From Azolla caroliniana (Eukaryota; Plantae; Polypodiophyta): DNA of 64,000 nucleotides. The stretch spans positions 19,158,001 to 19,222,000 of the forward strand of contig JBHGNT010000009.1 of assembly GCA_043228905.1 (NCBI GenBank), given 5' to 3'. Below are positions 1 through 8,582 of this stretch, piece after piece (position 1 is the first letter of the stretch; every line of letters starts with the position of its first letter). A program made the translations under genes and the position numbers. The notes under the pieces were generated by a model that searched no databases, was not told where the DNA came from, and saw nothing but the letters and a program-made list of their open reading frames with translations.

Positions 1-241
1 GACCAAATATATTTTCAATACAAAAATTATTCGTGGGATTCACGATTTATACATCTACTTCTCTCTTAACACCCTAAGTACCAATTAATATAGTATACTC
101 GTGTGATTCACGAGTTTCTTATCTTTCTCTTTGCTATTTACTCATAATTAATCTCTATCTCACGAACTTCTTTCTCCTAGTCCAAGACCTCTGTGGTTCC
201 CACCCGACTCACGCAACGATCCGGAGCCGAAAGGCACGACA
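1..241 (+). repeat. 3' part of the 5' LTR of element A
   Basis: Direct repeat of 6471-6711, ends ...GCACGACA just before the PBS. Confidence 0.95.
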
Positions 242-245
242 CAGT

Positions 246-263
246 TGGTGAACCCGACGTGAA
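246..263 (+). promoter_or_regulatory. Primer binding site complementary to the tRNA-Trp 3' end
   Basis: TGGTGAACCCGACGTGAA is the reverse complement of the cytosolic tRNA-Trp end ...TTCACGTCGGGTTCACCA (recalled sequence), 4 nt after the LTR. Confidence 0.85.
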
Positions 264-279
264 GACGGGTGGCAAGGAG

Positions 280-2316
280 ATGGAGGCTCAACAAGCTAAC
301 AATATGATGGCGATGTTCGAACGGATGCTTCAAGAACAACGCACGATGTCGGAGATTTCGGCATTAGTAGAGCGGCTCGTGCAACGCAACGGGCAATTTA
401 ATGGTAAGGATGTGTCGCGATATTTGCAGGACTACAAGGCGGAGATGCTCCGGTGCCGGGCTTCGGAAGGACTGCAAGTGACATCCTTTAACCGGGTGGC
501 GACCGACGGGCTTCAAGGGAGTATCCACGGGTTGCAACAACAAAATCCGACGTGGGAAGCATTCGAAGAGGCGTTAAAGACCACGTTTGCCATCGAGGAC
601 TCCTCCAAGGCAACGCGGAGGGGATTCGAGGATTGGGTGGAAACGTCAGGTAAGGGGCTGAAGGTCCTCGAAGTGTTTTCGACATTTGAAAGTCGGTTCG
701 GGAGGTTGTCCGCGAGAGATCAAACTATTCTTGCGCCGGACAAAGTCATCATGTTTTTGCGAGCTGTGGACGTCCGGGACCGGAAAGATCTCGGAGTGCT
801 TCTTGAGGACACGACCACCGAAAGCGGCCTCACCGAAACATGGGAAAGCGTGCGGGATATCGTCGCGCGGTACACGAAGAGGGGGCAATGGCTTGCCAAC
901 GAAGAAAAGAGGGTTTCGGAACCGATTCCGAAACCGAGAACGGGACTGGAAGACCATCAACCGAGGGCTCGGGAGATTACGGCCGAGAAGGGAGTCGACG
1001 CGTCTACGGTGGAGCAGCTGCTGAAGGAGATGGAGAATCTAAAGATCGCGATGGTGAAGAAGTCGGATGACCGCCCCACAAGCTCCAAATATACGGATCG
1101 ACGGTGCATATGGTGCGATAGCGCCGAACACGATCGGAGGGATTGCGACGACCATAAGGAGGCGCTACGACGGGATCTCATCTACTACGAGGGAAACCGG
1201 ATTCATTCGATGGACTCTCGGAAGCCACTCCGACCGAACTTCCGGAAAGGCGGCATGAAGAAGGTGCTCGAGGAGGAGTTATCGGCAAGAAGCAACTATG
1301 CGACAACCGCGGGAATATGTGTCGGGGAGTCAACGGGAGCGAAGGCGTCTTTCTGGCCGGAGGTGCTAGGAAACACCGAGAAAACCGACTCCAACGATAT
1401 CCGAAACACCGCGGAAGGCGTCCGGGAAGCTACGGGATGGGAGTGCCCTGTCGACAAGAATAGCATATACGCCCTGTGTCAATTACATGAGGTGTATGTG
1501 GACGAGAAACGACGGCGCACGGAGGATGCGACAGGATCATCGAAGATACCGGAAAGCTGGAACTCCGGAGGTAAGGGAAAAGAAAAGGCGACTCCGGCAT
1601 TCAAGCTCGCCTCGGACATAGAACAACAAACCGACTTGAAAAGAGTGTTCGAGGAAAGAATCTTGGATAGCCGGGTAGATTTTTCGCTGCGGGAACTACT
1701 CGGAATAGCGAAGGAGTTTCACGATCTTCTCGTGGATCTCGTGAAAAGGAAGAGACAAAGTACGGAGGAAAATGCTCCAAGGGTGAATGCAAATACCGTT
1801 TCAATGAACGACACCGAAGTGGAAGGCGAAATTCCGAACTCCCACTATACAAGGCCACACTGGGCACGTGCGACTACTGAGACTCCGGTCCGAATCGGCA
1901 ACATCAAAGAACCCGTGCTAGCATTGATTGATCACGGATCGGAGATCAACTTGATGTCCAAGGAGTTCTACCGAAAGGGGAAGTGGCCTATAAACACCAA
2001 CCATGGATGGAAGATTCGGGCAGCCACGAAAACGACAGAAGACCTATTTGCGGCTTGTCCGGATGTGACGGTAAAGATCGGGGATGTCGAAATTGACCAA
2101 AATTTCTTTGTGCAGGATGAGGTTTCACATTCTGTCATCCTCGGCCAACCCTTTATCACGGCTTCACGGATGGAGACGAAGGTGCTCGATAGTGGTGCGG
2201 CTTTTGCGCGAATTCGGAGCCAAAACGGAGGGAAATCCGTCCAATTTCTAACGGTACCGGCAAATCACGAAAGGAACAAGAGGGAACTCTTGTCCCAAGT
2301 GAGAATGGATTTTTAA
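280..2316 (+). CDS. gag: Element A ORF1: Gag with CCHC zinc knuckle plus aspartic protease
   Basis: ORF track 193..2316; first ATG after the PBS is at 280. Contains CIWCDSAEHDRRDC knuckle, LIDHGSEINL protease motif and VILGQPF. Confidence 0.9.
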   Translation: MEAQQANNMMAMFERMLQEQRTMSEISALVERLVQRNGQFNGKDVSRYLQDYKAEMLRCRASEGLQVTSFNRVATDGLQGSIHGLQQQNPTWEAFEEALKTTFAIEDSSKATRRGFEDWVETSGKGLKVLEVFSTFESRFGRLSARDQTILAPDKVIMFLRAVDVRDRKDLGVLLEDTTTESGLTETWESVRDIVARYTKRGQWLANEEKRVSEPIPKPRTGLEDHQPRAREITAEKGVDASTVEQLLKEMENLKIAMVKKSDDRPTSSKYTDRRCIWCDSAEHDRRDCDDHKEALRRDLIYYEGNRIHSMDSRKPLRPNFRKGGMKKVLEEELSARSNYATTAGICVGESTGAKASFWPEVLGNTEKTDSNDIRNTAEGVREATGWECPVDKNSIYALCQLHEVYVDEKRRRTEDATGSSKIPESWNSGGKGKEKATPAFKLASDIEQQTDLKRVFEERILDSRVDFSLRELLGIAKEFHDLLVDLVKRKRQSTEENAPRVNANTVSMNDTEVEGEIPNSHYTRPHWARATTETPVRIGNIKEPVLALIDHGSEINLMSKEFYRKGKWPINTNHGWKIRAATKTTEDLFAACPDVTVKIGDVEIDQNFFVQDEVSHSVILGQPFITASRMETKVLDSGAAFARIRSQNGGKSVQFLTVPANHERNKRELLSQVRMDF

Positions 2317-2370
2317 AGCGGACTGTTGCGGAGTGGGGAAGTGATAGTCCGAGAAGCCCTGATACCCCAC
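2307..2370 (+). promoter_or_regulatory. Predicted -1 ribosomal frameshift signal (GGAUUUU plus H-type pseudoknot)
   Basis: G GAT TTT TAA ends ORF1. The -1 frame is stop-free from 2307 into ORF2. Stem 2319-2329 pairs with 2341-2351; loop GTGGGG 2333-2338 pairs with CCCCAC 2365-2370. Confidence 0.8.
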
Positions 2371-2450
2371 ACAGGAAGAAACCTCTCGGAGCAAAACAAG
2401 TACGAATCGGCCCGGATGGGGCATCTACGTACACGGCCGTAACCGGAGGA

Positions 2451-5400
2451 ATGAAGAAACAATACCGACAAGTGGAGGATAAGTTACGGTCGGCATCAAT
2501 AATAAAAGAAGACGAAGAAATCGTGGGAGTGATCGAGGAAGTGTTCTATGGGAATACACTACAACGGCTTGAAGAGCTTGCGGAAGATAAAAGCCAAGGG
2601 AACCGGGTAGTCCCGGTGGAATCGGTCGAGATGTACGAGATCGTTGCGAAAATGGGGCCGGATGCGCTCCGCAAAGAAGAAGCAATGGTAAGTACGAAAT
2701 ACAAGACCGTGGAGAAGAAGGTGAAACCGGCCGCGGGACCACTACCCGCCGATAGCGAACAAAAGAAGAAAGAAGTCACGGGAGATCCGACACTTCGGAA
2801 GTCCGTGGATATCGGACATGCCTTCACAGATGAGACCCGGAAGAAACTTCGGATCGGTGGAGGTGGGTTCCTCTTACAAGAAGAAGAAAAACGGTTTCGA
2901 GAGATGTTGGAGCAACATGGCAAAGCATTCGCGTTCACATCGAGGGAGATCGGATGCATTGATCCAAAGATAGTGGAGCCGATGGTGATTTTCACGATTG
3001 ATCATGTACCGTGGAACCTGAAGCCGATTCCGGTGCCACGGGCGCATATTCCGAAAGTCATCGACTTGCTCAAGGAGAAGGTGGTGATGGGGATTCTAGA
3101 GCCATCAAGTGCTCCGTACTCAAATCGATGGTTTACGGTTCCGAAGAAGAATGGGTCACTCCGATTCATCCAAGACTTGCAACCGGTGAACAAGGTCACG
3201 ATCCGGAACTCGGGAGTCGGTCCGATAGTGGACGAATTCGCGGAAGCTTTTGCCGGACGTGCGATATACTCCATCGGGGACCTATACTCGGGGTATGACC
3301 AATTCCAACTAGCCGTGGAGAGCCGAGACATCACTACCATGCGGACACCGATAGGACTAGTTCGAATGTGCACACTACCACAAGGAGCGACAAACTCGGT
3401 TGCACATATGATGAACGCGATGAACAAGGTGCTTCGAGATTGCATCCCGGAGATAACGATGCCGTTTCTAGATGACATTCCGATGAAAGGATGCGCGGTG
3501 GAAGAAAAAGATGAGACTATGGATGATCGGGGATGCCGAAAGTTCGTGGTCGACCATATTCATGATTGCGAGAAAGTGTTGCGAAAGCTAGAAGATGTGC
3601 ACCTAACACTTTCCGGGGAGAAATCGGCATTCGGGCAAGAAGAAATATTGGTGGTCGGACATCTATGTGGACCCTACGGCCGAAGACCGTCACCAACAAA
3701 GATCGATGCGATTCAAGCTATGAAGGAAGTATGTGAGTCAACATCGGAAGTCCGAAGGTTTCTGGGTGCGTGTGCATTCTATCACATATGGATTCCGCAC
3801 TATGCACATATAGCGGACCCGCTCTATCACTTGTTGCGGAAAGGTAAGAAATTCGAGTGGAAACCGGAACACACTAAAGCCATGAGGAAGCTCAAGAAGA
3901 CACTATGGAGGGCGGAATCACTTAAGAAGCCAAGCTACGAGCGGCCAATCATAGTAACGGTTGATACAAGTCCAACCGGTATCGGGTGGGTCATCAATCA
4001 AGCCGACTCGGATGGTTCGCGGTATCCGATCCGATTTGGAGCAAAGGTCCTCAACGAAAGGCAACGCGGATATGCACAAGTCAAAAGAGAATTGTGGGGA
4101 GTCGTGTCGGCGATAAGATCGGATCGGGATTATTTGATCGGAGCTGAAGTGGTGATCGAGACGGATTGTCTTCCGATACTCGGGATGATGCGGTGTTGTA
4201 CGATAGCGGATGTGGCTATGCTAAGGTGGATTGCATATGTCAAGTCACTTAATCCGGAGGTTCGACACATCTCGGGGAAGGACAACGCAGTAGCGGACAT
4301 GTTATCGAGGGCGCGGTTTGAAGACGACATAACCGAATCAGATAATGAAGAAGTTTCCGAAGACTACTTCACGTCAGAACACATATGCCGAGTGAACGTG
4401 ATCCGAGAATTCCGGGAAGAAGAATACGAGGGGGAAACCTTGATGATCGGGAAGATGCTACAAGAGGTCGAGGATTCAACCAATGATAAAGAAAGGAGAG
4501 CCGAGATCCGAAGGAAGAAGAGGCAAGTCCAAAAGTTCTTCTTGGAAAATGGTTTAATATGGAGGACGCCGAAAAGACCGGATGGGATACCACTTCGAGT
4601 AGTCGGGACGAAAGAGCAACGAAACCGGATAATGTCCGAGTTCCACGAATCCGATTGGGCTGGACATCGAGGAACATGGGCAACTTTTGTGAAAATCAAG
4701 CAAAGATATTGGTGGAAGAACATGTATAAAGATGTCGCGGAGTTCACAGAAAGCTGCGAGAAATGTCAAGTCTACTCCGGGGTTCGACACCGAGATGAGC
4801 TGCATCCGACATTCTCACCGACAATCAACTTCAAGTGGATGGTCGACATTGTAGCTATGCCGACCGGGATTGGACAAAAGAAATACTTGGTGTTAGCTCG
4901 AGAAGATCTCACAAACCAAGTTGAAGGTCGAGCGCTTCGGAGGAAAACGTGTGCCGCGGTGTGCCAATTTCTTTTGGAAGAAGTGTTTTGTAGGTACGGC
5001 TGCATAGGACAAGTGATTGCGGACCGGGGAGAACTCGACTCGGACAAAGCTAGGGGATTCTTCGCCAAACATGGAGTTCGGTTAACGTTGACAACGGCCT
5101 ACAATCCGGAGGCCAACGGGAAGATCGAACGAGAACATAGTCCGATCGTGAAAGCACTTGCGAAGGCATGCGACGGAAGGGTGAAGGATTGGCCACAAAT
5201 GCTTCCGTATGCACTATGGGCGGATCGGACGACGCATAGCTCCGTGACCGGTTACATGCCGGCAGAACTCATGACCGGACAAGCACCGGTAATGCCAACG
5301 GAAACCGCAATCGCGACATGGACAATACTACCGTGGAAGGAAGAGATGAGCCGGGAAGAACTACTAGCGGTCCGGATACGACAACTGGAGGGAAGACCGA

Positions 5401-5918
5401 AAGATGTAGCGGAAGCGTCACGCCGACAACAAGAAGCACGGTTCCGGAACAAAAGCCGGTTCGACACAAAGCACCGACTACGACCGAGGAGGATTGAAGA
5501 AGGAGATTGGGTGATCGTCTATGATAGTAGCTTGGACCATCAACATACAACGATGCGGAAATTCGCGAAAAGGTGGTTCGGGCCGTACGAGGTTCGGCAG
5601 GTCTTCGACAACGGGACGTACCGACTGTCTGAGTTGGATGGAACAATACTACGAGTGCCTATAGCCGGGAAGCGGGTGAAGATTTTCAAGAAGCGGACCG
5701 ACGACAAACCTTATGTGATCCAAGTTGAGACCGACAACGAGGAGCAATCGGACGAAGACCACAATGATGCGGGAAGCGAAGAAAGTGGATTACAACTCAT
5801 AGTCGACATAAGGGGAGAATCGGAGGAAGCTTCGGATGAAGACGGATACGAGGAATCAAGAACTTCGGCACATACCGGAGGATGTGCGGGTTTGGAGGGG
5901 GCGAGTGTCGTAGTGTAG
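2451..5918 (+). CDS. pol: Element A ORF2: RT, RNase H, integrase (frame open from 2307, probably entered by frameshift)
   Basis: LPQGATNS and FLDD RT motifs, VDTSPTGIG RNase H, H-H-C-C plus D,D-E integrase, GPY motif, acidic tail, no chromodomain. Confidence 0.93.
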   Translation: MKKQYRQVEDKLRSASIIKEDEEIVGVIEEVFYGNTLQRLEELAEDKSQGNRVVPVESVEMYEIVAKMGPDALRKEEAMVSTKYKTVEKKVKPAAGPLPADSEQKKKEVTGDPTLRKSVDIGHAFTDETRKKLRIGGGGFLLQEEEKRFREMLEQHGKAFAFTSREIGCIDPKIVEPMVIFTIDHVPWNLKPIPVPRAHIPKVIDLLKEKVVMGILEPSSAPYSNRWFTVPKKNGSLRFIQDLQPVNKVTIRNSGVGPIVDEFAEAFAGRAIYSIGDLYSGYDQFQLAVESRDITTMRTPIGLVRMCTLPQGATNSVAHMMNAMNKVLRDCIPEITMPFLDDIPMKGCAVEEKDETMDDRGCRKFVVDHIHDCEKVLRKLEDVHLTLSGEKSAFGQEEILVVGHLCGPYGRRPSPTKIDAIQAMKEVCESTSEVRRFLGACAFYHIWIPHYAHIADPLYHLLRKGKKFEWKPEHTKAMRKLKKTLWRAESLKKPSYERPIIVTVDTSPTGIGWVINQADSDGSRYPIRFGAKVLNERQRGYAQVKRELWGVVSAIRSDRDYLIGAEVVIETDCLPILGMMRCCTIADVAMLRWIAYVKSLNPEVRHISGKDNAVADMLSRARFEDDITESDNEEVSEDYFTSEHICRVNVIREFREEEYEGETLMIGKMLQEVEDSTNDKERRAEIRRKKRQVQKFFLENGLIWRTPKRPDGIPLRVVGTKEQRNRIMSEFHESDWAGHRGTWATFVKIKQRYWWKNMYKDVAEFTESCEKCQVYSGVRHRDELHPTFSPTINFKWMVDIVAMPTGIGQKKYLVLAREDLTNQVEGRALRRKTCAAVCQFLLEEVFCRYGCIGQVIADRGELDSDKARGFFAKHGVRLTLTTAYNPEANGKIEREHSPIVKALAKACDGRVKDWPQMLPYALWADRTTHSSVTGYMPAELMTGQAPVMPTETAIATWTILPWKEEMSREELLAVRIRQLEGRPKDVAEASRRQQEARFRNKSRFDTKHRLRPRRIEEGDWVIVYDSSLDHQHTTMRKFAKRWFGPYEVRQVFDNGTYRLSELDGTILRVPIAGKRVKIFKKRTDDKPYVIQVETDNEEQSDEDHNDAGSEESGLQLIVDIRGESEEASDEDGYEESRTSAHTGGCAGLEGASVVV
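5894..5905 (+). promoter_or_regulatory. Polypurine tract of element A
   Basis: GGAGGGGGCGAG immediately before the LTR start TGTCGT. Confidence 0.85.
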
Positions 5919-6711
5919 GTTGCACACTATGTGGAAATTATAATTTTGTCTCTCCGGATAGAGAATGGAGTGCTCGGTGAGAACCGGAAGAAAACGGCAT
6001 ACCGGCAAGGAGGAAAACGGCATACCGGCAAGGAAGAAAACGGCATACCGGCAAGGAAGAGCCGGATAAAGAGACATAAATGTAAAATAAAAGGAAATAC
6101 TCACTACTGCGCAGGGCGTGATTCGAACTCTGCACCTCCACGTTGACAAACCCCAACCTTACCATTACATTAACTTATCTTAAGTGTTTTTAAAAATAGA
6201 TTTAATACGTATAAGACCTTTATTTATGCATACCTTTATTAAAAGGTAAATCGTGTATTTTTTTAATATATGAAAAAAAGAAAAACACGAGACACTAAAA
6301 ATAACTCATGCACATCTAGCGTGCATGAGCCCTATACTTAGGAAATAAAAAAAGCATCACATGCACATTTAGTGTGCATGATCATATTAGAAAAAGCATG
6401 TAGCTATGCTTAGTCTCTCCCATCACTATATAAGGACGGGGAGCACATTGTAGTTGTTGTTGATTGTTTGGACCAAATATATTTTCAATACAGAAATTAT
6501 TCGTGGGATTCACGATTTATACATCTACTTCTCTCTTAACACCCTAAGTACCAATTAATATAGTATACTCGTGTGATTCACGAGTTTCTTATCTTTCTCT
6601 TTGCTATTTACTCATAATTAATCTCTATCTCACGAACTTCTTTCTCCTAGTCCAAGACCTCTGTGGTTCCCACCCGACTCACGCAACGATCCGGAGCCGA
6701 AAGGCACGACA
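5906..6711 (+). repeat. 3' LTR of element A (806 bp)
   Basis: TGTCGT/ACGACA termini, about 3 copies of AAACGGCATACCGGCAAGGA (5991-6058), TATA near 6427. Confidence 0.92.
6108..6180 (-). other. tRNA-gene-like A-box/B-box module inside LTR A (not a foldable tRNA)
   Basis: The 73-nt minus-strand read has G18G19, T33, GTC at 34-36, A37, G53-T54-T55-C56-G57-A58 and C61 at canonical tRNA positions. Acceptor and T stems do not pair. Confidence 0.6.
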
Positions 6712-8249
6712 CCGTCAGTTTCCTTGTCTTTTTGGAAGTGCCGACAGTTCTTCTGGAAGTGTCCCGGCTTGCTGCAATAGAAGCAAGTAGGCCTCCCCCT
6801 TGACTTTGACCGTGTCCCCGACTTTTCCCGGTTCTAGAGACTACGGTTCCTTTGTCTTCCGCGTTCTGATTCGGTAAAGCGTGCTTTGGAGTCAGAGCTC
6901 GTATCCTTGTCTTTCCGACGTGCCTCCTCATCTAGCAAGCTCGACTTCACTCTTGCTAGGGATAACCGTTTCCCTTTTGGCCCAGCGTTGCCCAAAGTGA
7001 CAACCAACATCTCCCAGCTATCTGGGAGGGAACTAAGCAGGAGTAGTGCTAGTACCTCATCGGCGAGAGGTGCTTCCAATGATGTTGCCTGGTGTATCAG
7101 CCCGTGGAACGAATTCATGTGATCCGCCATGTTGGAGCCATCTTGGTACCAGAGTCTTACTAGCTTCCGAAATACCGAAACCTGATTAATAACATTTTTT
7201 TCTCAAACATAATGCCGATCTTCTCCCAGAGCTCATGAGCCTTTCTCTCTTCATTGAAGTTGTTGTATAGGCTCATGTTGATGAAGCACCGTATGGACGC
7301 CATTGTGTTCATGTGCATCCCCTCCCATACCGTGGCATCGATCTTGTCCGGTCTCTTGTCCCCAAACTGAACAAGCAACCAAAGATCTTTAACCACGAGC
7401 ATGTCCCTCATCTTCGATTTTCACACTGAGTAGTTCGAGCCGATGAGCTTCAACATGCCTCCCAACGAATCGTCCATTTTTCTATGTCGTTTTGCTTTGA
7501 TACCAATTTGACGAGAAATATGCGGAATAATCTTCGACCACAACCGAAGCTTAGATCACTTGATGACAATCAAACACAGAAGAAATGGGAATGGAGGTAG
7601 GTACACAAGCTGAGAGAGAATACACAGGATGTTAATGTGGAAAACCCTGAGAGGGAAAAACCACGGGAGTCCACAAACTCCAAACTATCACTATATTAAA
7701 GGAGTACAATCGGGAGCGCAGAGGCAATGACCTCTTGCTCACAATCTTCGCCTGGCGGCGATTACAACAGAGACACACTCTGTATCACTCACACACTCTC
7801 TCTCTCTGTATAGTCGTTACACCAATGATACTATCATCTTCTTACATTGAGTTTGCCCTAGCTCATATTGATACTAATATGACTTTCGGGCTATTTACAA
7901 ATATAGCCCGAGTGGGCTCTCTAGAACATATTTACATATATGTCCCTTCATACGGTGAGAGGTTCTCACCGGGTCTGCATCATCCAATTCTCACCGGGTC
8001 TTCCTTGTCGGGTACTCCACATCCGGTTCTCACCGGGTCTTCCGTTGCCGGGTACTCCACATCCGGTTCTCACTGGGTCTTCCGATGCCGGGTACTCCAC
8101 AGCCGGTGTTCACCGGGTCTTCCGTTTCCGGGTACTCCACATCCAATTCTCACCGGGTCTTCCTATGCCGGGTACTCCACATCCGGTTCTCATCGGGTCT
8201 TTCGATGCCAGGCCTTCGTATCCCATCTGGAGGGACCGAGATCCTAACA
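6712..8249 (-). mobile_element. Element B: 5' end of a degenerate Tnt1/Tork-like Copia (LTR, PBS, broken gag)
   Basis: LTR 7509-8249 begins TGTTAGGATCTCGGTCCCTCC like element E. iMet PBS at 7494-7505. Gag fragments such as LLLSSLPDSWE. Confidence 0.88.
7960..8215 (-). repeat. About 39-bp tandem repeat in U3 of LTR B
   Basis: About 6 copies of CCGGTTCTCACCGGGTCTTCCGTTGCCGGGTACTCCACAT. Confidence 0.9.
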
Positions 8250-8582
8250 ATGCAAACTGAAGATACAAATTGGGCAACTACAAGCCATCAAGTTGCTCTT
8301 CAAGTATCTATTGAACCTCATGATGAGCTTAATGTAAGCATAATGTTCAAAGACAAGGAGTATGAAGGTCAATGGTTGGAAATAGGAAACTTTTTAAAGA
8401 GTCAAGAAGCCAACCCATCATGGTCGAAAAAACAATTAAATGAAGTTCGAAGAAGGGCATTCAAGTTTTTTTTACACATGAAGGGCATTTATGGAGCCAT
8501 CCTAAGAGGCCAACTGAAAATCCTCTTCGAGTCATTTGTAAGGATGATATTAAGAGAAAATTAATTATTGAATTCCATGATA
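8250..8582 (+). pseudogene. Fragment C: RH-integrase linker of an older relative of Gypsy A
   Basis: FKDKEYEGQWLEIG...FKFFL and (frameshifted) HPKRPTENPLRV...EFH align by eye to A's FREEEYEGETLMIG...KFFL...PKRPDGIPLRV...EFH. Confidence 0.7.

Larger units (their letters stand above)
1..6711 (+). mobile_element. Element A: apparently intact Ty3/Gypsy non-chromovirus LTR retrotransposon (5' LTR cut by window edge)
   Basis: 1-241 matches 6471-6711 with 1 mismatch seen. 3' LTR has TGTCGT...ACGACA termini. PBS and PPT present. Two uninterrupted ORFs in the order gag-PR, then RT-RH-INT. Inserted into gag of Copia B. Confidence 0.95.

Noticed and set aside
193-279. ORF1 N-terminal extension from GTG at 193
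   Set aside because: Lies in the LTR and PBS; ATG at 280 is the more plausible start.
6108-6180. Functional tRNA-Asp gene (and tRNA-Thr at 15645-15716 and 40960-41031)
   Set aside because: Acceptor and other stems do not pair, so these are reported only as tRNA-like modules.
7735-8564. Overlapping repetitive ORFs (GTPHPVLTGSS)
   Set aside because: Translations of the 39-bp LTR repeat, whose length is a multiple of three.
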